The notes below the pieces were generated by a model, which had not been told where the DNA came from, ran no database searches, and saw nothing but the letters and a program-made list of their open reading frames with translations. A stretch of 64,000 bases of DNA from Prorocentrum cordatum. Its lineage: Eukaryota. Shown in pieces: positions 26,592 to 39,872 of this stretch (the stretch's first letter is position 1; each line of letters begins with the position of its first letter). The DNA lies in the NCBI GenBank assembly GCA_963575745.1, contig CAUYUJ010000237.1:558001-622000 (forward strand), given 5' to 3'. The position numbers and the translations under genes are program-made.

Positions 26592-26633
26592 GGATGATGA
26601 TGGTGATGATGGTGATAATGCTGAGGATGCTGC

Positions 26634-26665
<32 letters not shown>

Positions 26666-28995
26666 CTGTTGCCGCTGATGATAATGCTGATCATGATGGT
26701 GATGATGATGGTGGTGGTGGTGTTGATGATGCTGATGATGCTGATTTTGATACGGATGATGCTGATGATGATGATGTTGATGATGAGTGTGATGGTGATG
26801 TTGACGATGTTGATGCTGATGATGATGCTGATGCTGATGATTATGACAATGCTGATTGTAATGATGATGGTGATCGTGTTGATGCTACTGATGATGCTGA
26901 TGATGCTGATGATGATGATGATCTTGATGCTGCTGATGACAATGATGATTTGACGATACTTATGGTGTTGCTGAAGATGCTTATGATGCTGATGCTGATG
27001 CTGACGTGCTGATGGTGATAATGATGATTACGATGCTGATGATGCTGATGATGAAGATAGTGCTGACGATTATGATGATGATGATGATGATGAGGATGAT
27101 GATGATGATGATGATGACGATGATGATGATGATGATGCTGGTGATGATGCTGATGGTGATGATGCTGCTGATGCGGCTGATGAGGATGATGATAATGTTG
27201 ATGATGGCGACGATGATGATCATGATGATGCTGCTAATGCCTGTGAGGATGTCGATGATGATACTGACACTGATGATGCTGGTGATGCTGATGCTGATGA
27301 TGCGGTTGATGCTGCTGATGATGACGATGATGATGCCGATGACGATGATGCTGCTGCTGTTGATGTTGACGATTGCGATGACGATGCTGATTGTGGTGCT
27401 GATGCTGGTGATGACGATGCTGATGATAATGACGACGCTGCTGTTGATGATGGTGTTGCTGCTGATGGTGATGATGATGCTGATGATGCGGCTGCTGATG
27501 CTGATACTGATGCTGATGATACTGATGATGATGATGTTGATGCTGCTGCTGATGCTGATTATGATAATGCTGATGCTGCTGATGATATTGATGGCGCTGA
27601 TGACGCTGATGGATATGATAATGCTGCTGACGATGATGATGCTGATGATGACGATACTGATGCTAATGATGCTGATGATGCTACTGATGCTGATGCTGCG
27701 GCTGATGCTGCGGCTGATGATGCTGATGATGATGCTGCTGATGATGATGATTATGACGACGCTGATGAGGATGATGATGCTGATGCTGATGCTGATGCTG
27801 ATGCTGATGCCGATGTTGATGATGATGCGGATTATGCAGTTGATGATGATGACGCTGATGGTACGGAGGATGAGGAGGAGGAAGAGGAGGAGGAGGATGA
27901 GGAGAATGAGGAGGAGGAGGAGGAGGAGGAGGAGGAGGAGGAGGAAGAGGACGAGGAATAATAACAAGAAGACGAACAAGAGGAGGAGGAGAAGGAGGAG
28001 GAAAAGGAGAGAGGAGTAGGAGGAGGAGGAGGAGGAGGAGAGGAGGACGTGGCGGAGGAGGAGGAGGAGGAGGAGAAGGAGGAGGAGGAGGAGGTGGGGT
28101 AGGAGGAGGATGAGGATAATGAGGAGGAGGCATAGGAAAAGGAGGATGAGGAAGGGGAGGAGGAGAAGGAGGAGGAGGAGAAGGAGGAGTAGGAGGAGGA
28201 GAAGGAGGAGGCAGACGAGGACGAGCAGCAGGAGGAGGAGGAAGGAGGAGGAGGAGGAGGAGGAGGAGGAGGAGGAGGAGGAGAGGAGGAGGAGGAGGAG
28301 GAGGAGGAGGAGGAGGAGGAGGAGGAGGGAGCAGCAGGGGGTGGCGGAGGAGGAGGAGGAGGAGGAGGAGGAGGAGGGGGAGGGAGGAGGAGGAGGAGGA
28401 GGAGGAGGAGGAGGAGGAGGAGGAGGTGGAGGAGGAGAAAGAGAAGGGAGTAGGAGAAGGAGGCGGAGGAGGTGGAGGAGGAGTAGGAGGAGGATAATGG
28501 GGAAAACAGGGGGAGGGGAAGGAGGAGGATGCAAAGGAGGAACAGGGAGGAGGAGGAGGAGGAGGAAGGAGGAGGAGGAGGAGGGAGGAGGAGGAGGAGG
28601 GAGGAGGAGGAGGAGGAGGAGGAGGAGGAGGAGGAGGAGGAGGAGGAGGAGGAGGAGGAGGAGGCGGGGGAGGAGAAGGAGGAGGAGGAGCCAGCACCAG
28701 CAGCAGCAGCAGCACTAACAGCAGCCGCCGCCGCGGCCGCCGCCGCAGCAGCAGCAGCAGCAGCAGCGGGGAGGAAGAGGACAATGATGATTGCTTCATT
28801 AAGGGAAATGTTGAAGGTTTGGAGGAGGATGAGGTGGAAGAAGAAGAGGAGGCAGAGGAGGAGGAGGAGGAGGAAGAGAAACATGAGGAGGAAGAGGAGG
28901 AGGAGGAGGAGGAGGAATGGGAAGGAAGAAGAGGAGGACGAGCAGTTGGCGGATGAGGGGGATGGCGGGGATGGGGAGGAGCAGGAGGAGGAGGA
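26592..28995 (+). repeat. Compound (GAT)n then (GAG)n microsatellite with a short (GCA)n
   Basis: Switch from GAT to GAG near 27865. Confidence 0.95.
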
Positions 28996-29349
28996 CAGGG
29001 TTTGGCCCACGTAAAACACATCCGATACTGCATCTTCCCTGTTGCAGTCTCGTCCGAGGCCTGACCCCAAGCGTGGCCCCTAGTTCCGCGTTCAAAGCGA
29101 CAGTTCATCAGTCACAGAGCACGAGGCGAGCCTTGGCATACACGAGCCCGATCTCAGCGACACACCGCACGAGTTCTGACAGCAGCTCATCAGACATACG
29201 TTCGCCCTGCAGAACGGCACAGTTCATTCATCATGGCGGGCGGAGGTCACCCAGGGAAATGGAGGTCAGCAGGAGCGTCAAGAAACGGCACAGCCGATGT
29301 TCGTGTGGACAGCATTCTACGGAACAATCCACCTCCTCCTCAGCAGCGC

Positions 29350-30800
29350 TCACAGAGTCGTGGCAACGCAGAGGACGGGGTGGTGACGAAGTATATCAAG
29401 AGGCTGCCGCCTCTGCCCAAGAGGGCGGCGAAGACACCTTTGGCATCCAGGGCACTGTCGACGAGGGCGGCAGACCATAACTCTTTTCGCCAGGACTGCT
29501 ACATGTAAAGCCACGTGGAGAAGATCATGCACCTGGCCAAGAAGGCGGACAACATGGAGGACGCGGAGCGGCACGACATGGAGTTGATGGTGCTGAAGAG
29601 CGCGCTCGCGTCACCCCAACCAGCACGAGATTAGAAGCGAGGCGTCAACAAGTGAAACTTGGGCAAAGTTCGGGGCATATCGTCTACAACGCAAAGCTAC
29701 ATGAAGGACTCAGTGGCGCAGGAGCGAATGATCGACTTGGAGATCGCACGAGAGCCGCCACCAGCAGCATAATCATGTGGTGGACCGCCCGGCTGTGGCA
29801 TATGGAGGCGCCTGTGCAGCAGGGGGCGCAGTACTTCCAGATGCACGGCCTAACGCCCTTCGTCACGCCGGGCGGCCAGCTCGTCCCAGGAGCAGTGGTG
29901 CACATGACCCCGGATGGGCACAGCGCGCCTGGGACGCGCGGGGCCGATCAGCATGGCGCAGCGGCAGGGGCGGCAGCGGCGCCCATGTCCGCACCGATGG
30001 CGGCGGACCCACCGCTGCCGCCGCCAGCGGCGCCACAGCCGCCGCCGCAGCCGATAGCGCCTTCAGCGTCGGCGTCGGCGGAGCAGCAGGAAAAGGTGCT
30101 CATGACCTTCTGGGTGGGGTGGAGCGGCGCCAGCAGATGCAGGATCATATCTAGGGCACCCTGGTGCCTTGGATGCGTCACCTAGCTGCGAGTCGGACAT
30201 CACCTACAGCGGCGACGGCACCTACGCAGTCTGCAACAGCCACGGGACCGCCGCCGCCCCTGGTGCCAGGGCTTGCGACGCCAGCAGCGATGGCCGTACC
30301 GGTTGCGCCTGGAGCGGCGGCGGTGCCAAGGGCGCCCTCCGGTCGATGCCCGACCCCTGGTGCAGCAGCGGCAGCAGCAACATCTCCGTCGATACCGCCA
30401 ATGCAGGTCTCACCAGCCCGCATGAAGAAGGAGCAACTTTTCTCGCCGAAGGAGCCCGCGGTCTCGCCAGCTGCGTAGCGACCAGTACCAGATTCTCCGA
30501 CGCCGTTCGAGCCTAGGCTCATGGAAGCACCCGCCTATCCGCCGCCACAAGAGCCCATCAGCCCAATGGAGCCGATGATCACGACCCAGGTGGAGGACAC
30601 CTACTTGCAGGGAATGGCCCCCCGAGGGATCCATCACCATGCGGGGGCAGCAGGAGGAGCTCACGACATCCCATGCCCAGAGGGTGGTCTCTTCAAGGCA
30701 GCGCGCGCTTCGGCTGCAGGGGGCTCGAGTTCAGCGGCGGCGCGCAGGCATCTTCGGGGGGGCCTCGCCCACTTCCACTATGGATGGGCGGGGCGACGGC
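29350..30800 (+). pseudogene. Decayed coding-like segment of unknown origin
   Basis: Protein-like stretches (VVTKYIKRLPPLPK; IMWWTARLWHMEAPVQQGAQYFQMHG) broken by stops. No family recognised. Confidence 0.3.
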
Positions 30801-31849
30801 CAGGGCCCTAGCAGCCGCGGCGCCGAGGCAGGGAGTTCTTGTGCAGGCTTGCAAGTTCCTTGCATTTGTACCGCGAGCTTCGAGACCTTGCCGAGGGCCA
30901 GGGGGTTGGTCCAGAGGTCCAGGGTCAGCTTCGGGCGTCTTAGCTCGCAGAACTCCATGCTACATTTGTCTCCTAGAGGCGTGGGCGGCAGCTGCCCTGA
31001 GGGTTTGCCCTCGACGGCTTTTGTTTTTTTGTTTTGTTTTTTTGTTTTTATTTTTTTTCCACGCGCGGATCGCTCTACGCAGTGGTGGGGGGGGGGGGGC
31101 TGGGGGCGCGGCCAGCGGTGAGGGCCAGGGAAATGAGGGGCACCTACGAGATAGGGGAGACGCAGGGAGGGCGCGCCAGCGCGACGCCATTGGACACGGG
31201 CCCGGCGCGGCCGCGAGCACCGCGCTCGAACTGCTCGCCAACCTCTATGGCTTGTCCTGGGTATTGGCCGCGAGTCCAGGGCGCGCCGTCTCGTTTGGTC
31301 GCGGTGGCACGTCTAACATCGGAGCTGCCAAGGGTGGCGGCGTGCCGGCGTCCGACGCGAAGCTGGCTCGGCTGGCCCAGTTTGCGCGGGGCCCAACCGT
31401 GTCCAGCGCCCGTGCCCGCGCGTCCGCGGGCCGCGCGGAGGCCCGCCGCGGCCGCCCGCGAAGCGCGCTGGCGGACAACGTCGCGAAGATCGCCGTGAGG
31501 TCCCCCGGGCCGGCTGCGCCTAGGCCTCGAGGAGTTGGATCTGAGCCGTAAGTCTGGGGTCTTCTAGACTTTGGGAGTGGGCCTCGACGGGGGGCAATTC
31601 TGCCCGCGCGTGCCGTGGCTTCGTGCTCGAAGATGACGCGCGTCAGGTGTCGGGGATAGGGCGGACTTGCGCGGCGGGATTGAGAATGGGCGCGAGGGCC
31701 AACCGACGGTCGCCCGAATGGCGTATGCTGCCGTCGCCATGAGGAGTTGCGATCTGCGCAGTCTATTTGCGTGGAGCGCCGCCGCGGCACGAAAGGGTCG
31801 AAAGCGCGCGAGGCGCGCGGAGGTTCTCGGGGCGCAGCTTTCAAGTGAG

Positions 31850-34800
31850 GGGGCCCACACTATCGAGGCCCACCTACGCGCGCCTTGTCCAGCTCCACGC
31901 GTCTGCGGACAGAGGGTCTGGAATGCCCTTCGCGCCTCCAGGTGGCCGCCTGGGCCTCCACCTCCGGCGCGCGCTGCCTCCTAGCCGTGGGCCAGAAGGA
32001 GGCCCGGCGCCCGGGGGCTGGGCCCGCGTCTTTTCGGGGCCACTGCAGTGCCTGATCGGGCGTGATCCATCGGTTAATGCGAGGCCCCCCGTGCGGGGCG
32101 ATCAGAGGCGATCCTCTGCTCTTCAGTCTGCAGCTCATTAGAGCGACGCGGACGTCGCCGCGCATTCCGACGCGTCGCATCGACGCGGCAACAGTCAATT
32201 TGAACGCGCCGGTCGCGCGCGCCCCGCGCGTCGGCAACGCTGGAGCTGAGCGCGGCAAGTCCCGGGGAGGCATGCGAGGTGTCTCGGAAAGATGGGGACG
32301 GGAACTTCAGCATCGTGCCGGCAGATGTTTCGGGATAGTTAAATCATATTTCTTGGCTGAAGCGCTAGCGCTGGAGTGGGCGATCGACTACTTAACTTCG
32401 GCATTTGGGTAGGAATGAGTGAGCTGGCACGCAGAATTTTTCTTGCAGCGGGCAGTACCAATTTATCTATAGTCTCCTTATCTCTGGCTGTGTGCTTGAC
32501 GCATCGTGCCTCCACTGGAAGAAAGAAATTGTGTCTCGTCGACGGCAGCTGCCACCTGCGCGGGGCGCCTGAGGTTCGTGGCTGGGTCCCAGGGCACCAG
32601 CGGCCAGAGCTCGACGGGGGTGGTCTCGGCTAGTTGTCGCCGGCGCGTTCTCGGGAGATGAGGATGGTTTCGCTTTCGTTTTAAGCGAAGTGGGCACGAC
32701 GCACCGCATCGACCTCATTGTCGCGAGCGAAGAGTCAGCCACGCGCAGAGGGGGGTGGGGGGAGGGGGGAGGGCTTCTTAAAGCACCTCTGCATCTTAGA
32801 AGGCGCAGGCCTGATCTGCAGATGCAAGGCCGGCGCCATCTAAGAAGCGGCCTCCCTCTAAGAAGCCCTCCCCCCTCCCTCCACCCCCTTGCGCGCGCCG
32901 CCAAAAGAGATGTCTCAGTCCCTGCCAGCAGTGGGAGTTGACGTTCGGTTTGCCCCCGCCAGGGGAGCTGGTGGCCATTTTCCCGAGCTCGCGGAGCTTA
33001 CTTGGCCACGGCAGTCCGCGCGCGGTGTTGCGGGGGGGCCCGCGCTCGATCGGAATTGGATGCTGCTCGAGGGGCGGGGGCGGCAGCTCGTCCGGGCTGC
33101 CCGCGCCGTGGAGCTCGGGCCGCGGGGAGCTGGCGCGGGCGGTCGGCTGGGCGACGCCAAGGGGTTTGCGTGGGAACGGGCCCAGATGCACTTCGAGAAG
33201 GACCCCGTGACTGTGCCCCCGATAAGAGCACATCTCAGTGAGGAGACCAGGTGATAATTTCAGGAGGGGAAAAAAAACACAGACACAATTCATCTTCGAT
33301 TCTCCAGGAAATATGGGAAATCTGGGACGTGGGGGAAGACAAAAAACAAGAAGATATGTGGAAGTATGGGGAATCCTGTTATTTGTGTGTATTTGTTTGT
33401 GTGCCCCAGGGCCACTTCAAAAACCATATCTCAGTGAGGAGACCAGGTGATCATACGAACCCGAAGGGCGGTCGAGAAAAGCCGGATCATGGTCATGCGT
33501 GACGGGGCTGGTCAAGAGCTCCAGGGGGTGGCTTTGCGCCCGGGCGCAAGACATCGGGGAGGTCCCCGTCCGAGAAGAATGGAGGCCGATCGCGCGGCGA
33601 CCAAGCAGATTCGGAATGACCTCGTTGCTGCGTGGACTAGGTTCGAAATCGGCGCGACCGATTTCCCCCGGGAGCTTTTGCCTTTGGCGGAGGGGGGCCT
33701 CGAGCTCGGGTGGTTCGTCGAGGCCTCGCGCGAAGTTTTGCGCAGGGCTCTGGATGCTAACTGCAGGTCTGACTCGGAGCGACGCGCACATCTGATTTCG
33801 GGCAGTAACGAGGCGCATGCCTTAAGACAAGGGCGGCAGCTTGCGCGCGTGCTCATCGCCCGTGGCGGCAAGAGGCATCGCAATAATTCGTCCACCCCCA
33901 TCTCGCGCGTGGCCCAGCGGTGGCCCATTGCTTGCGCCGAAGGAAGACACGGGCGACCTTCAGCTTCACGTCGGTCACATTGAGAGGGCCAATCGGGGGG
34001 CAATGCGTTGAGTGCGTATACAACGAGTGGTGATCGAACCTAAGTGAAGGCGCGCCGCTCACCGTCGATGGCCTCTAAGAGCTTTAAAGATCCCCGGGGA
34101 ATTCAAGAGCGGCGCGGCTGGGGGGCCCAACTGTCTTGACCATGCATGTTTCCTGCTGGGGCCGGGCGGTGCGGGGCGAGCGCGCCGCGAATGTGCGCCG
34201 AAGTGGCTCTCGCCGGGCGCGAGCCCCGCGCCGTGCAGGAGGGATTTGCGATGCATTTCTTCAGGGGAAAAGGGGGGGCGCAAAGCCGAGAGGGAGCGTG
34301 CCGTGCTCGTTGGAACATTGTTCGCAAGGTGCATCACACGTTTGTTCGCTCCAGAGTTTGGCCTGTCATAGACGGGTGCATGCTTGGCGCGCGTTGCGGA
34401 GGTTTTGCAGAGGGCGCTGCGCGGCCGTGGCCGCCCATGTCGTTCGGGGCGGGTTCATGTCCAGCACGGAGCGGAGATTGTCGGCGTCGCCCTGTTGTTG
34501 GATGTAGCGGCTGCGCTTTCAAAGCGTCGTCAAGCAACTCGTCGCCGGGGTCCCGGGCGAAGAGGGGGACTGGCTCGATGCCGCGCAAAGCATTGCAACA
34601 CCCCTGCGGCCATTTGTCGGCCGCCCAGGTTTTTGAGGGCCGGCCTACCCTGGGCCAGCGTACTCTCAGGATCAACACTTTTTGTCACTCGTCAGGGGCA
34701 CCCGGGCTGGAGGATGGTGGATCGCGCGAAACGCCTCGCATCGCGTGAGGCATGTTCATGGGGCTAGACGTGGCGCCATCGTGGCCACTGGCAGCTTTTA

Positions 34801-35050
34801 TATAGCTGCCCATCGTCGAGGATAACGAGGTATCCGCGTCGGCGAGACACTCATTCAGCCCAGGCAGCGCGAATGTAGGTTCTCTGCCGAGCAGGACTGG
34901 GGCTAGCAGTCCAAATCTGCGTCTTTTGTTGATGGCCTCCCGCGCCGACGCGCCGTGGAAGATGCCGGGCGCTTTCCCAAGAAGGCCGCGGCCATGTGAA
35001 CATCGTCTACCGTGCGGCGTCGAATTTCGGTCTCGAGCTCGACGCCCACA
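31850..35050 (+). mobile_element. Highly decayed non-LTR retrotransposon (APE/EEP endonuclease remnants, possible downstream RNase H remnants)
   Basis: Remnant motifs SPRI..RIDAATVNLNAPVARAP, LVDGSCHL, GTTHRIDLIV and GHFP in EEP-like order, with many frameshifts. Confidence 0.4.
33256..33427 (+). mobile_element. 172-bp insertion flanked by a perfect 24-bp direct repeat
   Basis: ATCTCAGTGAGGAGACCAGGTGAT at 33232-33255 and 33428-33451. Confidence 0.8.
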
Positions 35051-35129
35051 GAGCAAGTTGGATGCGTCCTATCGCTGGGGGCCGCGGCGGCTGAAGGGGG
35101 GGGCGCGGGGGGTGGGGCGTGCGTGCGCG

Positions 35130-35835
35130 GTTGGGTTCCGCCTCCTATTCTGGCACACCCGTCACACGTTCTGTGGCTCCATCGGGGGCTCCACCCGGGG
35201 CCCACATGGTGCAGTCTGCATGCGTCCCCGCCATTCATTTCGGCACACCCTGCACACGCTTCGTTGCCCCATAGGGGGCTCCATCCAAGGACCCAATGGT
35301 GCCGCCCGCATGCGTCCCCGCCGCCCATTTCGGCACGCCCCTCGCACGTTTCGTGGCTCCACAAGCAGTTCCACCCAAGGCGCCAATGGCGCCGTTCGCA
35401 TGCACCCCCGCAACCCGTGTCGCCACCCCCCTCACAAGTTTCGTGGCCCCATAGGGGGCTCCACCCAAGGCCCAACATGGTGACGCCCGCATGCGTCCCC
35501 GCCACCCATGTCGGCACACCACTCACACGTTTCGTGGCCCCATGGGGAGCTTCACCGAACGCTTAAGCGACACCCTTCGCATGCGTTCCCGCCACCCATC
35601 ACGGCACACCCGTTAAACGTTTAGTGCTCCCGTGGAGAGCTCCACCGAAGGCTCCATTGGCGACGTGCGCATGCGGTCTCCCATCCATGTCGGCACACCC
35701 CTCACACGGTTCGTGGCCCCACAGGGAGCTCCACCCAGTGTCCCAGTGCCACTGGTCGCATGTGTCCCCCCACCCATCCCCTAACATGTTTCCCACGTTT
35801 CGTGGCCCCACTTGCAGCTCCACCCAAAGCCCCAC
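35130..35835 (+). repeat. ~90-bp tandem satellite, about 8 diverged copies
   Basis: Recurrent CGGCACACCC..CACGTTTCGTGGCCCCATAGGG..CTCCACC..CGCATGCGTCCCC about every 90 nt. Confidence 0.9.
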
Positions 35836-36733
35836 GAGGAGATCCAGTGAAGGCGATATTCATAACGACTGTATTCACAACTGCATCTGGTTGGGTCGTT
35901 CGCAAGACTAATGTTGAAACGCCTCTTGGCGGATGCATTGTGTAACGAGTGGTGCAAAGGGTGCTTAAGTCAGATGAGCGGATGTGCATTGGAGCTTCCT
36001 GTGGACCCAGCCCCGTTGAGGCCTCTTGATCCGTATCTGCTTCAGGGCCCGTGGCCACTGTGCGCGACTTTGGAGTTGGTTGGGTGGGGCCCCTGACGTC
36101 ACAGCAGCTCAGTGCATGTGTAGTGCCCCTTTCCTAGGAAGAGGCTGCGAAGCCATCGGCCTTCAGAGTCTGCGTGCGTGCGTGCGTGCGTGCGAGGCGG
36201 AGGACCCCTGCTCGGGAGCCCAAGGCCAGGCCGCTCCCCGCGGCGTCGCCGAGGGTCCGCCCGAAGGCTCCTTGGCCGCCGGCGGGGGAAGGGGGGGGGG
36301 GGGCGGTCCCAGGTGCAGGCCGGTCATTCCGCGTCGAGCGGCCTAACGGTCGGTCCCTGCTCAAGAATGGGCCTCCTGGATTCTAAAGGAAGGCCAGGCG
36401 GGGCAGCCTCGCGAGACGAGGCCCCGCACAGCTCGGCAGGGGAAGCCGCAGAGCAGAAGCGAGAGGAGGACGGCGAAAGCCAGGAGCGGAGCGGCGGGGG
36501 GGCGCGCGTGGGGCGAGGATGGGGAGGGGGGCGTCGGCGAGGAGGAGGAGGAGGAGGAGGAGGAGGAGGAGGAGGAGGAGGAGGAGGAGGAGGGCGACAG
36601 CGAGGAGGGGGACGGCGGCGAGAAGAATCGGGGCGAGGAGGAGCGAGGGGGGCAGGCGCATGCCGGCAGCAAGCAGCTGCGCCAAGCGGCAGCGAGGCAC
36701 AGAGCGAGAGCCAGCGGCAGCAGGTACGTACTT

Positions 36734-36898
36734 ACAGTCGACCCGCATAGGAAGGATGTGCAACCTTCCCAAGGCTACCCTTGCATCCTTGCCCCCCTCG
36801 CTCCATCCTTGGCCACTTTCGTCGGCCGCGCCCCGCTCGAGAAGCTTCGGCATGGCCTTCCAAAGCCCACGAATCCTGATGCTGCGTTCTTATGATCG
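36734..36898. mobile_element. TA-CAGTC MITE family C, left end intact
   Basis: TACAGTCGACCCGCATAG.. Shares the CCAAGGCTACCCTTGCATCC body with 48427-48596. Confidence 0.65.
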
Positions 36899-37370
36899 GC
36901 GTCACCCCAACAACAATGCGTGCGTCGCCCCCCCCCCCCCCCGGGGCGATGCGCGCACCGAGAAATCTTACAGTATATGCGTCGTGGCGGGCGCTTTCTG
37001 GCCACACCGCTCGGGAAACGATGTGCCACAATAAGGGTATAGGTCGGACGCGCGCCTTCAAGGAGGAGGAGGAGGAGGAGGAGGAGGAGGAGGAAGGAGG
37101 AGGAGGAGGAGGACGAGGCAGCGGAGGGGGAGGAGGAGGATGAGGAGGAGGAGGAGGAGGAGGAGGAGGAGGAGGAGGAGCAGGAGGAGGAGGAGGAGGA
37201 GAAGCGTGCGCCTCGCCGTGCTCCGCTGGGGAGCCCCGCGGGGGGCCCTCGTCGCCGCGGCGGGCCGCGGCTCGAGTGGAGGGGCAACGCTGGAGGGCCC
37301 CTTCTGGCCACGCCAGCGGGCCCCCTCCGCGCGCCTCTGCGCGCCCCATGTGAGAAGGATCGACTGTCTT

Positions 37371-37495
37371 GGCATCGCTCGGACGTGTGCGTTTTTCCTT
37401 CGGCGAGGACCATCGGGGAGCATCCTTGATGATTTGGCGAAAAAACCACGCACGAAACCGAAAAACGCACAGGGAATGGACGTCCGAGCGATGCC
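37371..37495. mobile_element. 125-bp MITE with perfect 16-bp TIR
   Basis: GGCATCGCTCGGACGT / ACGTCCGAGCGATGCC. Confidence 0.85.
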
Positions 37496-37775
37496 CAGCT
37501 GTGCTCAGACTGCGGACCGCGAGGCGCGGCGGGGGGCCACGGCGAGGCGCCCGGCGGCGCCGCCCGCAGCGCCGGCGCCCCGCCGGCCCGAGGAGCACCG
37601 CGAGGCGCAGGGCTCGAGAGCACCCAGCGCCGCCGGCGGCCGCACCTCCGCGTCGGCGGAGGCCGCGGAGGCGCTCTTCGGGTGTCGTCGTCGTCGTCGT
37701 CCTCCCCCGCCTCTCCCTCCTCCTCCTCCTTTTCCTCCCCCTCCTCCTCCTCCTCCTCCTCCTCCTCCTCCTCCT

Positions 37776-39330
37776 TCGTGGAACTGGTAGACGATTTCGG
37801 AGATGTGGTTCTCCGCACGTTGTGTAGCCCAGCCTTTGTCAAGAAGGCGCTCCACCAGACGGTTTTGAGATCCCTGGAGAGAGACATCGCCGAGCCGTTG
37901 CTGCCCGCGGCCGCCCGCTGCTGCTGCGACCAGGTGCGAGCGGCCCTAGCGAGCAAGCGCCTCTCCCCGCAGCAGAAGGGCTGCATCAAAGCTTTGTGTT
38001 GTGGGGTTGTGTGGACGAAGGAGGTTGCAGTAGAGCGTGGATACCAGTTGGAGGATGTCACTTGCAGCCTTTGCTAAGACGGCCAGGACTCCCTGGAGCA
38101 TTGTCTGTATTTCTGTTCTGTTTGCTCTGAGAAGCGTGAGGAAGTTGTCGAACGTCCCAAGGACAAACGGCCTGATATGTCCACGGTAAATTTATCGGAC
38201 CCAGAGACCAACTTACATTCTTGAGGGGGATCTTCGAGCACCCTGGAGATGTGCACACTCGTCCTTTGAACGCCAGTGGGTTCATTGTGGGATGGCCAGG
38301 GAGAGAAAATGAGGGCCCCATTGATTTGGAGGTACAGGGCGACTTGTTCTTCGATGGGTGTTGTTATAAGCATGTGGTTCCCGAGCTGTCCAGGGGAGGT
38401 TGGGGGTTCGTTGTTGATAACCAGGAGCGTGAAGTAGTCTGTTTTGCCAATGGCCCGATATGGGCTCCGAATCCACAAGCGCCCCAAGCCGCTGAGTTTA
38501 CTGCTATTCTGCCGCGGGACAGTTTGCCCTCCCTGGATCCAAGGTGCTTTCGGTTTGTGCAAACGTGGTTCACCAGTTGAACCACCCTGCGAGGGGGCAG
38601 CTTTCTGACAAAAAGGGTTTACGGCGGTGCTTTTATTCATTTCCAGCCGACTGGGCTTGAGTCTGTGGTGAAAGTGAAAGGGCACGCTGTTGATGACCTT
38701 GATAGGTCCGATGAGATCAGATATCACAAGACGGGTGATGATTTTGCCGATCAGCTGACCAAGACGGCAGCGTTACGGCACCCGGAACCAGACCTAAAGC
38801 AGATCGAGAAATTTTCCAAGCAGCTTGTTGTGTCGAGGCTGGCTTGTGTCCTGGCTGGGACGCTTCTTCCCCTGTCGCCCCGTTTGTATTCTAGTTTAGA
38901 CATGCGTAACGCGCTTTTTGTGAAGCAAAGCTCCGCAGCAGAGCAGTGAAGTTGCGCGTCAGTGGAGCTAGCAAGGTAGATTCTGGCAGTGTGAACGTTG
39001 CTTCCGTGGTTCAAGGGCCGACCAAAAGCCTCCTCCTGGTTGTTGTCAAGGTGGCCCTGGGATCGGAATCCGTGGTTGTGACGGGCTCCGCCTCCAGTCC
39101 CTTGGGCGCTCGATGATTTCCCTCGACTCTTCGGGCAACTGTTTTTTGTGTGCTGCTAAATGCGGCGGGCAAGTGCGTGGATTATGCAATGAATGCAGAC
39201 CACTTCCCCAAATCAGGGCCCAAGGAAGGAAGTACTCGTGGAACCGAATCTCCACGGATTGGCATCGCAGGCTCGACGGTGTTACAGTTGACGTTGGGCC
39301 TTGGTTGATCTCCCCCGATGAGTGATCGCT
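37776..39330 (+). mobile_element. 5'-truncated non-LTR retrotransposon pseudo-ORF: CCHC zinc finger plus RNase H
   Basis: CSLC*DGQDSLEHCLYFC, followed by LFFDG, GGWGFVV, QAAEF, VKVKGH and GDDFADQLTKTAA RNase H motifs. In-frame stops and a frameshift. Confidence 0.8.
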
Positions 39331-39419
39331 TCCCTTTTTCTTCCTCCCTCTGTGACCCTCTGTTTTCCGTTTCCCCCCTTGCCGCGGATGTCTAAAACAA
39401 TGTTTTCGTCCTCTTCCGA

Positions 39420-39872
39420 TTCCCCCTCCTCCTCCCCTCCTCCTCCTCCTCCTCCTCTTCCTCCTCCTCCTCCTCCTCCTCCTCCTCCTTGTCGTCCTCC
39501 TCCTCCTCATCATCATCGGATTCCTCTTCTTCCTTCTCATTCTTTTCTTCCTCCTCCTCCTCCTCCTCCTCCTCCTCCTCCTCCTCCTCCTCCTCCTCCT
39601 CCCCCTCTGCTTCCTCCTCCTCCTCCTCCTCGTCGTCCTCGTCCTCTTCCTCCTCTCCTCTTCCTCCTCCTCCTCCTCCTTCTCCTCTTCTTCTCCTCCT
39701 CCTCCTCCTCCTCCCCCTCCACCTCCGCCTCCGCCTCCGCCTCCTCCTTCTCCTCCTCCTCCTCCTCCTCTTCTTCCTCCTCCTCCTCTTTCGCCTCGTC
39801 CTCCTCCTCCCCCTTCTCCTCTTCCTCCCCCTCCTCCTCCTCCACCTCCTCTTCCTCCTCGTTTTCCTCTTC
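39420..39872 (+). repeat. (CCT)n microsatellite
   Basis: Directly visible. Confidence 0.95.

Noticed and set aside
35130..35835. CRISPR-like periodicity (also 5661-5950, 42520-43050, 46605-47005 and 54748-55000)
   Set aside because: The whole unit repeats, there are no unique spacers or cas genes, and the context is eukaryotic.
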